DNA of 51,700 nucleotides, taken from NCBI GenBank assembly GCA_021739985.1, contig JAIPAR010000003.1, forward strand, positions 1-51,700, written 5' to 3'. The notes under the pieces were generated by a model. The model did not search any database. It was not told the origin of the DNA and saw only the letters and a list, made by a program, of their open reading frames with translations. Below, piece after piece: positions 9,209-18,252 of this stretch. Each line of letters opens with the position of its first letter. Position 1 is the first letter of the stretch. The translations under genes and the position numbers were made by a program. This stretch comes from Bacteroidales bacterium. GTDB taxonomy: Bacteria > Bacteroidota > Bacteroidia > Bacteroidales > M50B96.

Positions 9209-10565
9209 TCAGCGCATTTTTCTGTCAATTCTAATCCTCCTGATTAGCTTTACTGCTAACTCTCAGTATCAATTAAAACTTGATATTCAATCTCCTACCA
9301 AAACAAGCTTGCTTTTATACCGCATGTATGGCGATAAATTCATGCTGGAAGATACCCTGAAGCTTTCGAAAGAGGGCTCTTTTGTGCATTACTTTTCACC
9401 CCAGGCGCATGTAGGTATGTATCGCATTAGTTTTGGACCGAAATCTTTTGCTGATATTATTTTTAATCAGGAAGATATTTGGGTGCGAACAGATGCTCAG
9501 TTTCCAATGGATTCTATGTATGTAGTTCAATCAATTGAAAATCAGGTGTATTATGATTATCTTCATGAACGAAAATCATATTTATTAAAGAAAGAATTGC
9601 TTAATCCGGTGCTTTTATATTATCCGGAGGCTGATGATTTTTTCCAGACTGCTTCTGCTACATTTGAATCCCTGCAACGGAATTTTGAAGCCTGGATTAA
9701 AGATAAACAAGAACGATTTTCAGGTACCTGGGTTGTTGATTATATTTCATTTATGCAACCTGCTTATGTTCCGGCCGGTATGACTGAGGAAGAGCAATTT
9801 GAATATATGCAGGTGCATTTTTTTGATTATACCAGTTTTGATAAACCTGCCTTGTTATACAGTGATGCCTACCCTGCTCGCTTAATTGAATTTTTATCTC
9901 TTTTTGCGGATCCGGAGTATTCCCGGGAGCAAATGGGCGATGCTTTTAAAAGGGCTGTGGATATCGTTTTCTCAAGACCTGTTCAAGACCCAATTTTAAA
10001 AGATTATATGATTGAATATCTGACCGATGGCTTTCAACAATATGGGTTTGATGAAGTGATTGTTCATCTGGCTGAGAACTATCAGCAAACGCAGGATTGT
10101 GAGAATTTGAAGTTGAAGTCGGATCTTCAAGCCCGTCTGGAGAATTTTCAGCGATTAGCCATTGGCAAGCCGGCGCCAGTCCTCGAGTTTGTTGATTACC
10201 AACAGAGAAAGCATACCCTGGCTAAATTAAATGTCGATAAACTGGTGTTTTTCTTTTGGTCATCTTCCTGTCCACACTGCAGAGAAATATATCCAGAGCT
10301 GATGAATCTGTATGAAAATCAACAAGATAAAATAGTTGAGGTTGTATCGGTTTCTCTCGATACTGACCTGGAATCCTGGAAGGAATTCACGAAAGCTTAT
10401 CAAGCCGAATGGATTCAGGTTTTTGATGGCTTATCCTGGGAAAGTCCGCTGGTTAAAGCGTTTAACATCTACGCAACTCCTTCATTCTTTGTGGTGGATA
10501 AAGCCGGAATTATTATCGAAAAACCTTTATTATCTGTAGAGTTAGAGGCAGTATTTAAACGCTAG
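9201..10565 (+). CDS. TlpA-like thiol-disulfide oxidoreductase lipoprotein (DUF4369-type N-domain plus thioredoxin-fold C-domain)
   Basis: 454 aa with a signal peptide. C-terminal thioredoxin motif FFFWSSSCPHCREIYPEL and ATPSFFVVDKAGII. Overlaps the upstream gene by 8 bp (ATGAGTAA). Confidence 0.8.
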   Translation: MSNQRIFLSILILLISFTANSQYQLKLDIQSPTKTSLLLYRMYGDKFMLEDTLKLSKEGSFVHYFSPQAHVGMYRISFGPKSFADIIFNQEDIWVRTDAQFPMDSMYVVQSIENQVYYDYLHERKSYLLKKELLNPVLLYYPEADDFFQTASATFESLQRNFEAWIKDKQERFSGTWVVDYISFMQPAYVPAGMTEEEQFEYMQVHFFDYTSFDKPALLYSDAYPARLIEFLSLFADPEYSREQMGDAFKRAVDIVFSRPVQDPILKDYMIEYLTDGFQQYGFDEVIVHLAENYQQTQDCENLKLKSDLQARLENFQRLAIGKPAPVLEFVDYQQRKHTLAKLNVDKLVFFFWSSSCPHCREIYPELMNLYENQQDKIVEVVSVSLDTDLESWKEFTKAYQAEWIQVFDGLSWESPLVKAFNIYATPSFFVVDKAGIIIEKPLLSVELEAVFKR

Positions 10566-11984
10566 CTAAAGTTTCTGTTTTTCGCTGAAACTCATGGCAT
10601 TGATGCTTTCGTAGCGCGACTTTTTGCTTTCCGGCACATAAATAACTAATCGTTGTCCTGCTTTGATGAAGTTTTTTCGTCCGATATTATTCCATGCTTT
10701 TAATTCGGATACGCTGATATCATACCAATCAGCAATATAAGTCACATTATCGCCTTGCTTCACTTTGTAATAGAGGCGGGTAGTACCGGAAGGCTGAGCT
10801 CCATGGGAAGCAACCTCTGTTGGCTTTAAATTGCGTTTGGAAGGGTCGAAATACTCGACACGTTTATGATTGAAGATGCTGTCTTCATAATTGATAAAGG
10901 GAACAACATACTCAACAGGAAGGACTACGGCATAGCTTTTGGTTTTAGCCGGAATCAAATCTCTTTTATACTGTGGATTTAAAACTTCAATTATTTCCAC
11001 AGGTATTTGCAGTACTTCAGCTATCTGCTTGAAATGAATTTCCCGATTGACGTGAACCGTATCAACAGCCAGTGTCATATCAATTTTCATCGGATATATA
11101 CCGTGGTCTTTGTAATAATGCATGGCATAAGTAGCTCCGATAAAAGCGGGAACATAGCCTCGGGTTTCTTTAGGTAAACGATAATAAATATCCCAGAAAC
11201 TTGTTTTTCCACCTGTTCGGGCAATCGCTTTCTTTACATTGCCAGGTCCACAGTTGTATGCGGCAATCGCTAATGTCCAATCACCAAACATAGCGTATAA
11301 ATCTTTAAGATAGCTTGCAGCAGCATAGGTCGATTGAATAGGGTCGCGACGTTGGTCAATATCCGTATTGATTTCGAGCTTGTAATTTTTACCAGTTTGA
11401 TACATAAACTGCCATAAACCGGCAGCGCCCATGCGTGAAGTAGCATCCGGGTTTAAAGCTGATTCTATGACAGCTAAATACTTAAGCTCAGTAGGAAGGC
11501 CGTATTCCAGGAAAATTTGTTCAAATATGGGAAAGTAATAATCGGCCATACCCAGTAAAACGGATAGTTTTTCGCGTTTTTTCTGGGTATATACATGAAT
11601 GTAGGCTTTTACTTGTTCGTTGTATGTGAGGTCAAAAATTGATTCAATTCGTTCGAGACGAGCTGAATAAATGGAATCTGAGAATTCGGGACCAGGAGTT
11701 TTCCAGGCCGAGTCAGCCGGATTCCATGTTTGGTCATTGGTGTAGCGAAGAGCTTCAGCTCGTTTAACAAACCAGTTATTTGCCAGGCTATCCAGATTTT
11801 TGAAGTAATCGCTGGATGTGTAAAAACTTTCAATGATAGTTGAATCCATAGGAACCTCTGTTGAAGTCAGGTTTTCGGTTACTAAATCCGAATGACCTGA
11901 ATTCATGGCTTGCTCTGACTGAGCAATTGAAAAATGAGCAAAAGTCAGGAGCAGGGCGGGAATCAGGATTAGCTTATATTTCAT
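10566..11984 (-). CDS. membrane-bound lytic murein transglycosylase (SLT domain) with C-terminal LysM domain, MltD-like
   Basis: 472 aa. SLT catalytic region ESALNPDATSRMGAAGLWQFM...AYNCGPGNV. C-terminal LysM YYKVKQGDNVTYIADWYDISVSELKAWNNI. Has a signal peptide. Confidence 0.85.
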   Translation of the reverse strand: MKYKLILIPALLLTFAHFSIAQSEQAMNSGHSDLVTENLTSTEVPMDSTIIESFYTSSDYFKNLDSLANNWFVKRAEALRYTNDQTWNPADSAWKTPGPEFSDSIYSARLERIESIFDLTYNEQVKAYIHVYTQKKREKLSVLLGMADYYFPIFEQIFLEYGLPTELKYLAVIESALNPDATSRMGAAGLWQFMYQTGKNYKLEINTDIDQRRDPIQSTYAAASYLKDLYAMFGDWTLAIAAYNCGPGNVKKAIARTGGKTSFWDIYYRLPKETRGYVPAFIGATYAMHYYKDHGIYPMKIDMTLAVDTVHVNREIHFKQIAEVLQIPVEIIEVLNPQYKRDLIPAKTKSYAVVLPVEYVVPFINYEDSIFNHKRVEYFDPSKRNLKPTEVASHGAQPSGTTRLYYKVKQGDNVTYIADWYDISVSELKAWNNIGRKNFIKAGQRLVIYVPESKKSRYESINAMSFSEKQKL

Positions 11985-12092
11985 TGGTTGTGATTTTTGT
12001 TCTTAATAATTCTGTTTTCTTGGCAGAAATGTCCGGGTTTTTATCATCAGTTGAGGTATGGTTAAACGTCAGGACTTTTCATTTGAACAAGT

Positions 12093-12644
12093 TTAAAAAT
12101 TCATACTAAAGCTTAGATGCGGAATTAACTGGCCGGTACTCGTTAACTGGTACACCGGGTTAATATTCATACTTAAGTCAGGACTAATATCAAAATGCAT
12201 AAAGTGGGCATCCACATTTGCATCAATCACATTCAATCCCCAAAAAGCTAACAGACCGATAATTGACAAATCTCTGTTTCGCCGATAATATAATGCTTCC
12301 GCCTGATAACGGGACATTGATATTGCATTGGGAGTATCAAGCTCTGACTCTGCAATATACAAGTTTTTACTGGATTTATATGAATCATTATTGAATTTGA
12401 TGAGATATCCAATACCAGCAACGCCTGCATAAATGATAGGGATTTTCCAGTATTTTTTATTGTAAGCCTGACCAAGCCCAGGGAGAATGGCAGACATCAC
12501 AGTGGCTCTTGCCGGACTATGAATTACTACCGAAGAGGAATCCTTTGAATCGGGCGTAGAATCTTGACTATAGGCTTGTTGTGGAACCAGCCCAAGCAGG
12601 AGAAAAGTTAGTGTTAAAACGATATGTTTTTGAGTTTCATTCAA
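12093..12644 (-). CDS. DUF5683-like membrane protein conserved downstream of parB in Bacteroidota
   Basis: 183 aa with a signal peptide. Motif SAILPGLGQAYNKKYWKIPIIYAGVAGIGY. The synteny parA-parB-this gene-LysM transglycosylase is the conserved Bacteroidota arrangement. Confidence 0.55.
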   Translation of the reverse strand: MNETQKHIVLTLTFLLLGLVPQQAYSQDSTPDSKDSSSVVIHSPARATVMSAILPGLGQAYNKKYWKIPIIYAGVAGIGYLIKFNNDSYKSSKNLYIAESELDTPNAISMSRYQAEALYYRRNRDLSIIGLLAFWGLNVIDANVDAHFMHFDISPDLSMNINPVYQLTSTGQLIPHLSFSMNF

Positions 12645-12650
12645 AACGAA

Positions 12651-13529
12651 TCAGGCTTTAAGTCGGTCAAATGCAGCAATGATTTTTTCCAGTTCTGCAT
12701 CTGATTTGAAAGGAATAACTATTTTTCCTTTCCCTTTATTGTTTCGGGTGAAATCGATTTGATTGCCAAAGAAGGTTTCAAGTTGGGTATGAAGAGCGGC
12801 ATAAGCTTCCGGGTTAGAAGATTTGGCCGGTTTTGTTTTTTTAGGTTGAGGGTTTAAAAATTTTCGAACTATCTCTTCCGTTTGACGAACAGATAGTTCT
12901 TTTTCAATCACATCGGCTGTAATCTTAAGTTGCATGGCCTCCTGCTCAATGGCGACAATAGCACGTGCATGTCCCATGGAGATTTTTTTATTCTGAAGTC
13001 CTTTTTGAATTTCCGGAGGAAGTTTAAGTAATCGAAGGTAATTAGTGACTGTACTTCTTTTTTTTCCAACTCGCTCAGAGAGAATTTCCTGAGTGAGAGA
13101 GAATTCTTCAATCAAACGGTTATAGGAAAAAGCGATTTCGATGGGATTTAAATCTTCACGCTGGATATTTTCTACCAGAGCCATTTCCAGCATTTCAGTA
13201 TCGTTTGCTTTGCGGACATAGGCAGGAATACTGGTCAAACCAATCATCTTTGCGGCCCGGGTTCGGCGCTCGCCGGAAATAATCTGAAATTGGTCAGGGG
13301 CAATTTCCCGAACAGTAATGGGTTGAATAACGCCCAATTCTTTGATGGAAGCTGCCAGTTCGAGTAAAGCGTTCTCATCAAATTTCTCACGGGGTTGGTG
13401 TGGATTGATGATGATTTTACTTAGTTCAATATCGTTGCTGATACCGGAAACGGGATGCTGTTGCTTTTCTGCATCATCAATTAATGCTCCCAGTCCTCTG
13501 CCTAAAGCGGTCTTTTTTGTAGCTACCAT
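12651..13529 (-). CDS. parB: chromosome partitioning protein ParB/Spo0J
   Basis: 292 aa. ParB box (GERRTRAAKMIGLTSIPAYV) and HTH region (TQEILSERVGKKRSTVTNYLRLLKLP). Confidence 0.9.
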   Translation of the reverse strand: MVATKKTALGRGLGALIDDAEKQQHPVSGISNDIELSKIIINPHQPREKFDENALLELAASIKELGVIQPITVREIAPDQFQIISGERRTRAAKMIGLTSIPAYVRKANDTEMLEMALVENIQREDLNPIEIAFSYNRLIEEFSLTQEILSERVGKKRSTVTNYLRLLKLPPEIQKGLQNKKISMGHARAIVAIEQEAMQLKITADVIEKELSVRQTEEIVRKFLNPQPKKTKPAKSSNPEAYAALHTQLETFFGNQIDFTRNNKGKGKIVIPFKSDAELEKIIAAFDRLKA

Positions 13530-13530
13530 C

Positions 13531-14331
13531 TTAGTTAACAGATTTTTGATTTGCGTTCATCTTGGTGAGACTGTTCTTTTGCAGCAGCTCTCTGGCAAGA
13601 TTAAGGTAGGATTTCGATCCTGAAGAATTTGCATCGTATAGCAAGGCAGGTTTTCCGTAACTTGGAGCTTCTCCCAGTGTCACATTTCGATTGATGATGG
13701 TTTCAAAAACCATATCCCGGAAATGTTTATTTACCTCTTCAACAACCTGATTTGAAAGGCGTAAGCGTGAATCAAACATCGTCAGCAAAAATCCTTCGAT
13801 TTGTAAATCAGGATTGAGGCGACTCTGAATAATTTTGATTGTATTGAGTAGTTTTCCAAGTCCTTCAAGTGCAAAGTACTCACATTGAACCGGAATAATG
13901 ACAGAATCGGCAGCTGACAAGGCATTTACAGTAATCAAACCTAAAGAAGGAGAACAATCGATTAAGGTGAAATCATAATCCCGGCTTATTTCTTCCAGGG
14001 CTAATTTCATGACTTTTTCGCGATTGGTCATTGAAAGCATTTCAATTTCTGCTCCCACTAAATCAATGTTGGATGGAATTAAATCAAGACCTTCTACCTC
14101 GGTATGTAAGATAGCATCCTTTGCATTTACTCCGTCAACCAGGCATTCGTAGATGCCGGTTTTTACATTTCGAACATCAAATCCTAGTCCTGAAGTTGCA
14201 TTTCCCTGGGGGTCAGCATCTACCACCAGCACCCTTTTTTCAAGGGCTGCCAGACTTGCGGCCAGATTAATCGCGGTTGTTGTTTTCCCAACTCCCCCTT
14301 TCTGATTTGCTAATGCAATTATTTTAGACAT
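13531..14331 (-). CDS. parA: chromosome partitioning ATPase ParA/Soj
   Basis: 266 aa. Deviant Walker A IALANQKGGVGKTTTAINLAASLA. Its stop is separated from the parB start by a single base. Confidence 0.9.
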   Translation of the reverse strand: MSKIIALANQKGGVGKTTTAINLAASLAALEKRVLVVDADPQGNATSGLGFDVRNVKTGIYECLVDGVNAKDAILHTEVEGLDLIPSNIDLVGAEIEMLSMTNREKVMKLALEEISRDYDFTLIDCSPSLGLITVNALSAADSVIIPVQCEYFALEGLGKLLNTIKIIQSRLNPDLQIEGFLLTMFDSRLRLSNQVVEEVNKHFRDMVFETIINRNVTLGEAPSYGKPALLYDANSSGSKSYLNLARELLQKNSLTKMNANQKSVN

Positions 14332-14444
14332 ATAGATTTAAATATTTGAGACGCAAAAATCTATTAAATAAAGCAATTTTGCAATTTATTATATTTGAAC
14401 TTTTTCACAAGTGATGATTTCAACCTATAAAAATTCATAAAATA

Positions 14445-15368
14445 TTGGAACGCATAGGACTGGTAGTAAACGAGAATGCCGGGAATAGCCTTGGCAAGAA
14501 AGACCTCCATCGGATTGAGGCAGAATTACAAAAGCATGGTTTGGAATATACCGTCCTTAAAACGGATTATCAGGGTCATGCGATGAATCTGGCAGAAGAC
14601 CTGATTCGTCAGGGGTTTCGTAGGATTGTCGGTGTTGGCGGTGATGGTACGCTGAACGAAGTTCTTAATGGTGCTATGCGTCAGGACCATGTTTCTGTGA
14701 GCGAGTTGGTTATCGGAAATATTCCGGTGGGTTCAGGGAATGACTGGGGCCGAACAATGCTGGTTCCAAACGATTATCCGGAGGCTGTGCGACTCATTGC
14801 TGAAGGTAAAATCGTGAAACAGGACGTTGGTCTGGTTACTTCGCTCAATCATCCCGAGAATAAGCGATACTTTATAAATGTAGCCGGCGGTGGATTTGAT
14901 GCTTTTGTTGCTCGAAAAACGAATCAATTGAAGCAAAATGGCAAGGGAAGTGCTTTTACATATTTGCTGGCTCTTTTTACCAGCATGTTTAAATTTAAAT
15001 CAAGTAAGGTAAAATTGATGATTGATGATACTCCATTTGAAGATACGCTCCTAAGCTTCTCGATTGGGATTGGTCAATATAATGGCGGTGGAATGAAACA
15101 ATTGCCTAATGCTATTTATAATGATGGTTTATTGGATATTACAACTATTCGTCATATTACACATTTCAAGATGGTGCGAAGTGTTCCGAAACTCTACGAT
15201 GGCAGCCATTTGGCTTTAAAGGAAGTGAAGACTTTCACCGCCAGGCGAGTTGTGGTTCAATCATCACCCAATGTACTAATCGAAACTGATGGGGAAAATT
15301 GTGGGGAAACTCCTGTTGAAGTTACAATCTTTCCACTAGCGATTCAGGTTTTTAGTGGATTAGCATAG
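14445..15368 (+). CDS. diacylglycerol-kinase-catalytic-domain lipid kinase (YegS/BmrU family)
   Basis: 307 aa. DAGK_cat signature VGVGGDGTLNEVLNG. Confidence 0.8.
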   Translation: MERIGLVVNENAGNSLGKKDLHRIEAELQKHGLEYTVLKTDYQGHAMNLAEDLIRQGFRRIVGVGGDGTLNEVLNGAMRQDHVSVSELVIGNIPVGSGNDWGRTMLVPNDYPEAVRLIAEGKIVKQDVGLVTSLNHPENKRYFINVAGGGFDAFVARKTNQLKQNGKGSAFTYLLALFTSMFKFKSSKVKLMIDDTPFEDTLLSFSIGIGQYNGGGMKQLPNAIYNDGLLDITTIRHITHFKMVRSVPKLYDGSHLALKEVKTFTARRVVVQSSPNVLIETDGENCGETPVEVTIFPLAIQVFSGLA

Positions 15369-15369
15369 A

Positions 15370-16416
15370 ATGTCAGTTCAAAGCTCATCATATCGTATTT
15401 GGATGTTATTAGCCGGCTTAAGCGTCTTGCTTTTGCTGGTTGCTGCCTGGAGTCTTACCACCGGAAGTGTTGATATTCCTGTATCTGATATTTTGGGAAT
15501 GCTGAGCGGATCCGATACACAGGTTGCCAGTTGGCAAACAATTCTATTCGAATTTAGGTTACCCAAACTGCTTACAGCTATTATTGCCGGTATGGCACTG
15601 TCTGTCAGTGGATTACAGATGCAGAGCTTGTTTCGAAATCCTTTGGCAGGTCCTTATGTGCTTGGAATCAGCTCCGGCGCAAGTTTGGGTGTTGCCATTC
15701 TGATGCTGGGATTTTCTTTCCTTTCCGATTCAATGGTTCCCCTAACACCCGGCTCCTCATCCATTATTTTCGCGGCCTGGCTGGGTTCCGGGCTAGTGCT
15801 TCTCCTGGTCTTCCTGACATCTTTACGAGTTAAGAATAATATTACTTTGCTGATTTTAGGCGTTTTAATTGGCAGCGCAGTTTCTTCACTGGTAACCATC
15901 CTTCAGTATTTCAGCCATGAATCTTCGTTGAAGAGCTTTGTTATTTGGACGATGGGAAGCCTTGGCAATGTAAGCCGTGAGCAGCTTAGCTGGTTAATCC
16001 CGGTTACCGGGGTTGGACTTGTTCTGGCATTCCTTAATCTGAAGGCAATGGATGCCTGGAATTTGGGCGAAAGTCACGCGAAAAGCCTGGGAGTGAATTT
16101 AAAACGTTCCCGTATTATGATTTTGCTTAGCACCAGTATTTTAGCCGGAAGTGTGACTGCCTTTTGCGGTCCAATTGGTTTTATCGGAATTGCGGTACCT
16201 CATATTACCCGAATCAGTTTCCAAACTGCAAGCCATCGCGTATTATTTGCAGGTAATTTATTGATAGGCAGTTTATTAATGATTATAAGCGATTTGCTTG
16301 CTCAAGCTCCGGGCGGAGATATTATTCTGCCAATCAATTCTATCACAGCCTTAATTGGCATTCCGGTGGTCATTTATTTGATTTTTGTGAATCAAGGAAT
16401 TAAGGTATGGAAGTAA
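15370..16416 (+). CDS. iron-siderophore/cobalamin-type ABC transporter permease (FecCD family)
   Basis: 348 aa with about 9 TM helices. FecCD-like EAA region. The start codon is one base after the stop of the lipid kinase. Confidence 0.85.
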   Translation: MSVQSSSYRIWMLLAGLSVLLLLVAAWSLTTGSVDIPVSDILGMLSGSDTQVASWQTILFEFRLPKLLTAIIAGMALSVSGLQMQSLFRNPLAGPYVLGISSGASLGVAILMLGFSFLSDSMVPLTPGSSSIIFAAWLGSGLVLLLVFLTSLRVKNNITLLILGVLIGSAVSSLVTILQYFSHESSLKSFVIWTMGSLGNVSREQLSWLIPVTGVGLVLAFLNLKAMDAWNLGESHAKSLGVNLKRSRIMILLSTSILAGSVTAFCGPIGFIGIAVPHITRISFQTASHRVLFAGNLLIGSLLMIISDLLAQAPGGDIILPINSITALIGIPVVIYLIFVNQGIKVWK

Positions 16417-17429
16417 ATCGCACCAAAATAGTACTTGAAACGCGGAATTTATCCATAGGATATAAAACCCGGAAGCTTAGTTTGCCGATTTTGCAAGACT
16501 TGAGTCTGGAATTGCATGCCGGTGATTTTATCGCCCTGGCCGGAAAAAATGGCTCCGGAAAAAGCACCTTCATTCGGACACTTGGAGGTTTACAAGAGGC
16601 TTTGGGAGGTCAGGTTTTTTTGCATGGGAAAGATTTACATACGATTCCTTCTTCTGAAATTGCCAAAGAAATTGCCTATGTTTCAACGGACTGGATTCAA
16701 GTAAATAATTTGAAGCTGGTTGATTTGGTGAGTCTGGGGCGCTTCCCTTATACAGGTATTTTAGGCCGTTTGTCGAAAGATGACAGAAGATATTGTGAGG
16801 AAGCGCTCGAAATTACGGGGCTTAATTCGCTTCGCACAAAACTTTTTGATGAATTGAGTGATGGGGAAAAGCAGAGAGGAATGATAGCCAGGGCTTTAGC
16901 CCAGCAAACCAGCATCATTTTATTAGACGAACCCATCGCTTTTCTGGATATAAGCCATAAATTTGAAATTGTGAGGATGCTCTCAGAACTCAGCCGGCTT
17001 CATGACAAATGTATTCTCTTTTCGATTCATGATTTGAGTATTGCCATGCGGGAAGCCGGGAAATTGTGGCTCATTCATGACCAGCAATTGCATGATGGTG
17101 CCCCGGAGGACTTTATGCTGAATGGGCGTCTTCAGGAAATCATGTCTGGTCAGGCACTGAATATTCAGGAAGATACCGGGGAGTTTTATCTTCCCCGAAA
17201 AAGAAACGGGCAAGTTTTTATCCTGGGAAATGGGCTTGCTTATCAATGGACAATCAAGGCATTGGAAAGAATGAACCTGGAAGTAGAACCTACCAATAAT
17301 CCGGAAAATCTTACCGGAGTGAAAGTAAATGAGGGCTTTTGGGAAATATATCAGCAAGGTAAAATGATTCAACGATGTAACACAATCCTTGAATTGACGT
17401 TATATGTTCATCTACTTAAAAAGGAATAA
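16407..17429 (+). CDS. ABC transporter ATP-binding protein (iron-siderophore/heme import family) with C-terminal extension
   Basis: 340 aa. Walker A GKNGSGKST, ABC signature LSDGEKQRGMIARAL, Walker B ILLLDEP. Overlaps the permease gene by 10 bp. Confidence 0.85.
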   Translation: MEVNRTKIVLETRNLSIGYKTRKLSLPILQDLSLELHAGDFIALAGKNGSGKSTFIRTLGGLQEALGGQVFLHGKDLHTIPSSEIAKEIAYVSTDWIQVNNLKLVDLVSLGRFPYTGILGRLSKDDRRYCEEALEITGLNSLRTKLFDELSDGEKQRGMIARALAQQTSIILLDEPIAFLDISHKFEIVRMLSELSRLHDKCILFSIHDLSIAMREAGKLWLIHDQQLHDGAPEDFMLNGRLQEIMSGQALNIQEDTGEFYLPRKRNGQVFILGNGLAYQWTIKALERMNLEVEPTNNPENLTGVKVNEGFWEIYQQGKMIQRCNTILELTLYVHLLKKE

Positions 17430-17649
17430 TATGGAAAGTGCTAAAAAGATAGTTTCGTATTTATTGATTTCCATCGTTTTGCTGGCCACCTTAATCTCGG
17501 TCCTTTCGGTGTGGGAAATTATTCAGATTGAAGATGTTATGTTCAAAATAGTTAAAACCCTGGTCATCCTTTTTGGGTCAACCCTGGTGATACTGTTTAT
17601 CTTCAATTTTTTTATTCGGCAAAACAACCGAAATAATGCAGAATTTTAG
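17404..17649 (+). CDS. small two-TM membrane protein, hypothetical
   Basis: 81 aa, two hydrophobic helices. Overlaps the preceding gene's 3' end. No recognisable motif. Confidence 0.35.
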   Translation: MFIYLKRNNMESAKKIVSYLLISIVLLATLISVLSVWEIIQIEDVMFKIVKTLVILFGSTLVILFIFNFFIRQNNRNNAEF

Positions 17650-18060
17650 TTAGAATTCTTCGATGGCCGGATAGGTAATATCAAATATTTTCTCCAGTGC
17701 TGAGATTTTTAAATTGTCTTTATTCAAGACTTCGCCGAAATAGACATAACTGATTTTCTCCTTGATAATCAATTTAATGCCATCGGGTAAAACTTCGATA
17801 TGGTCAAAGGTGAATTGCGTGCCGGCTTTTAGAATGCGTCGGGTTTCTTTGGAAGCAAATACAATATTACAAACTCCATAACTTGGATCTGTAGATTTAA
17901 CCGAAATCGTTCCTTCGTAGGGTTGGATGACATAGTCACTTTTTAAAGTTAATACAGAACCGATAGGCAAGGTTGCGATACGGTCAGTGCTCACTTGTGC
18001 AACGGCAGTGAAAGTGATAACTGTTAATAAAAGGGCTAAAATTCTCTTCATTTGTTTCAA
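17650..18060 (-). CDS. secreted hypothetical protein
   Basis: 136 aa. Signal peptide MKQMKRILALLLTVITFTAVAQ. No recognisable motif. Confidence 0.5.
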   Translation of the reverse strand: MKQMKRILALLLTVITFTAVAQVSTDRIATLPIGSVLTLKSDYVIQPYEGTISVKSTDPSYGVCNIVFASKETRRILKAGTQFTFDHIEVLPDGIKLIIKEKISYVYFGEVLNKDNLKISALEKIFDITYPAIEEF

Positions 18061-18252
18061 TTTTTATCTCAATTTTACAAATCCGGACAAATTTATAAAT
18101 CTTCCCGGTACAATGCGGTTGACCGGACGATTTTTTTATCTATTTTGTTGAATGATTTAGGGTCAAGTATAAAATGCGAAGGCCAAACGAATGAGCAGAT
18201 GCTCTGAAAAAGGCATCGCCATACACAATTTTTTTGAGATAAACCTCTGTAT

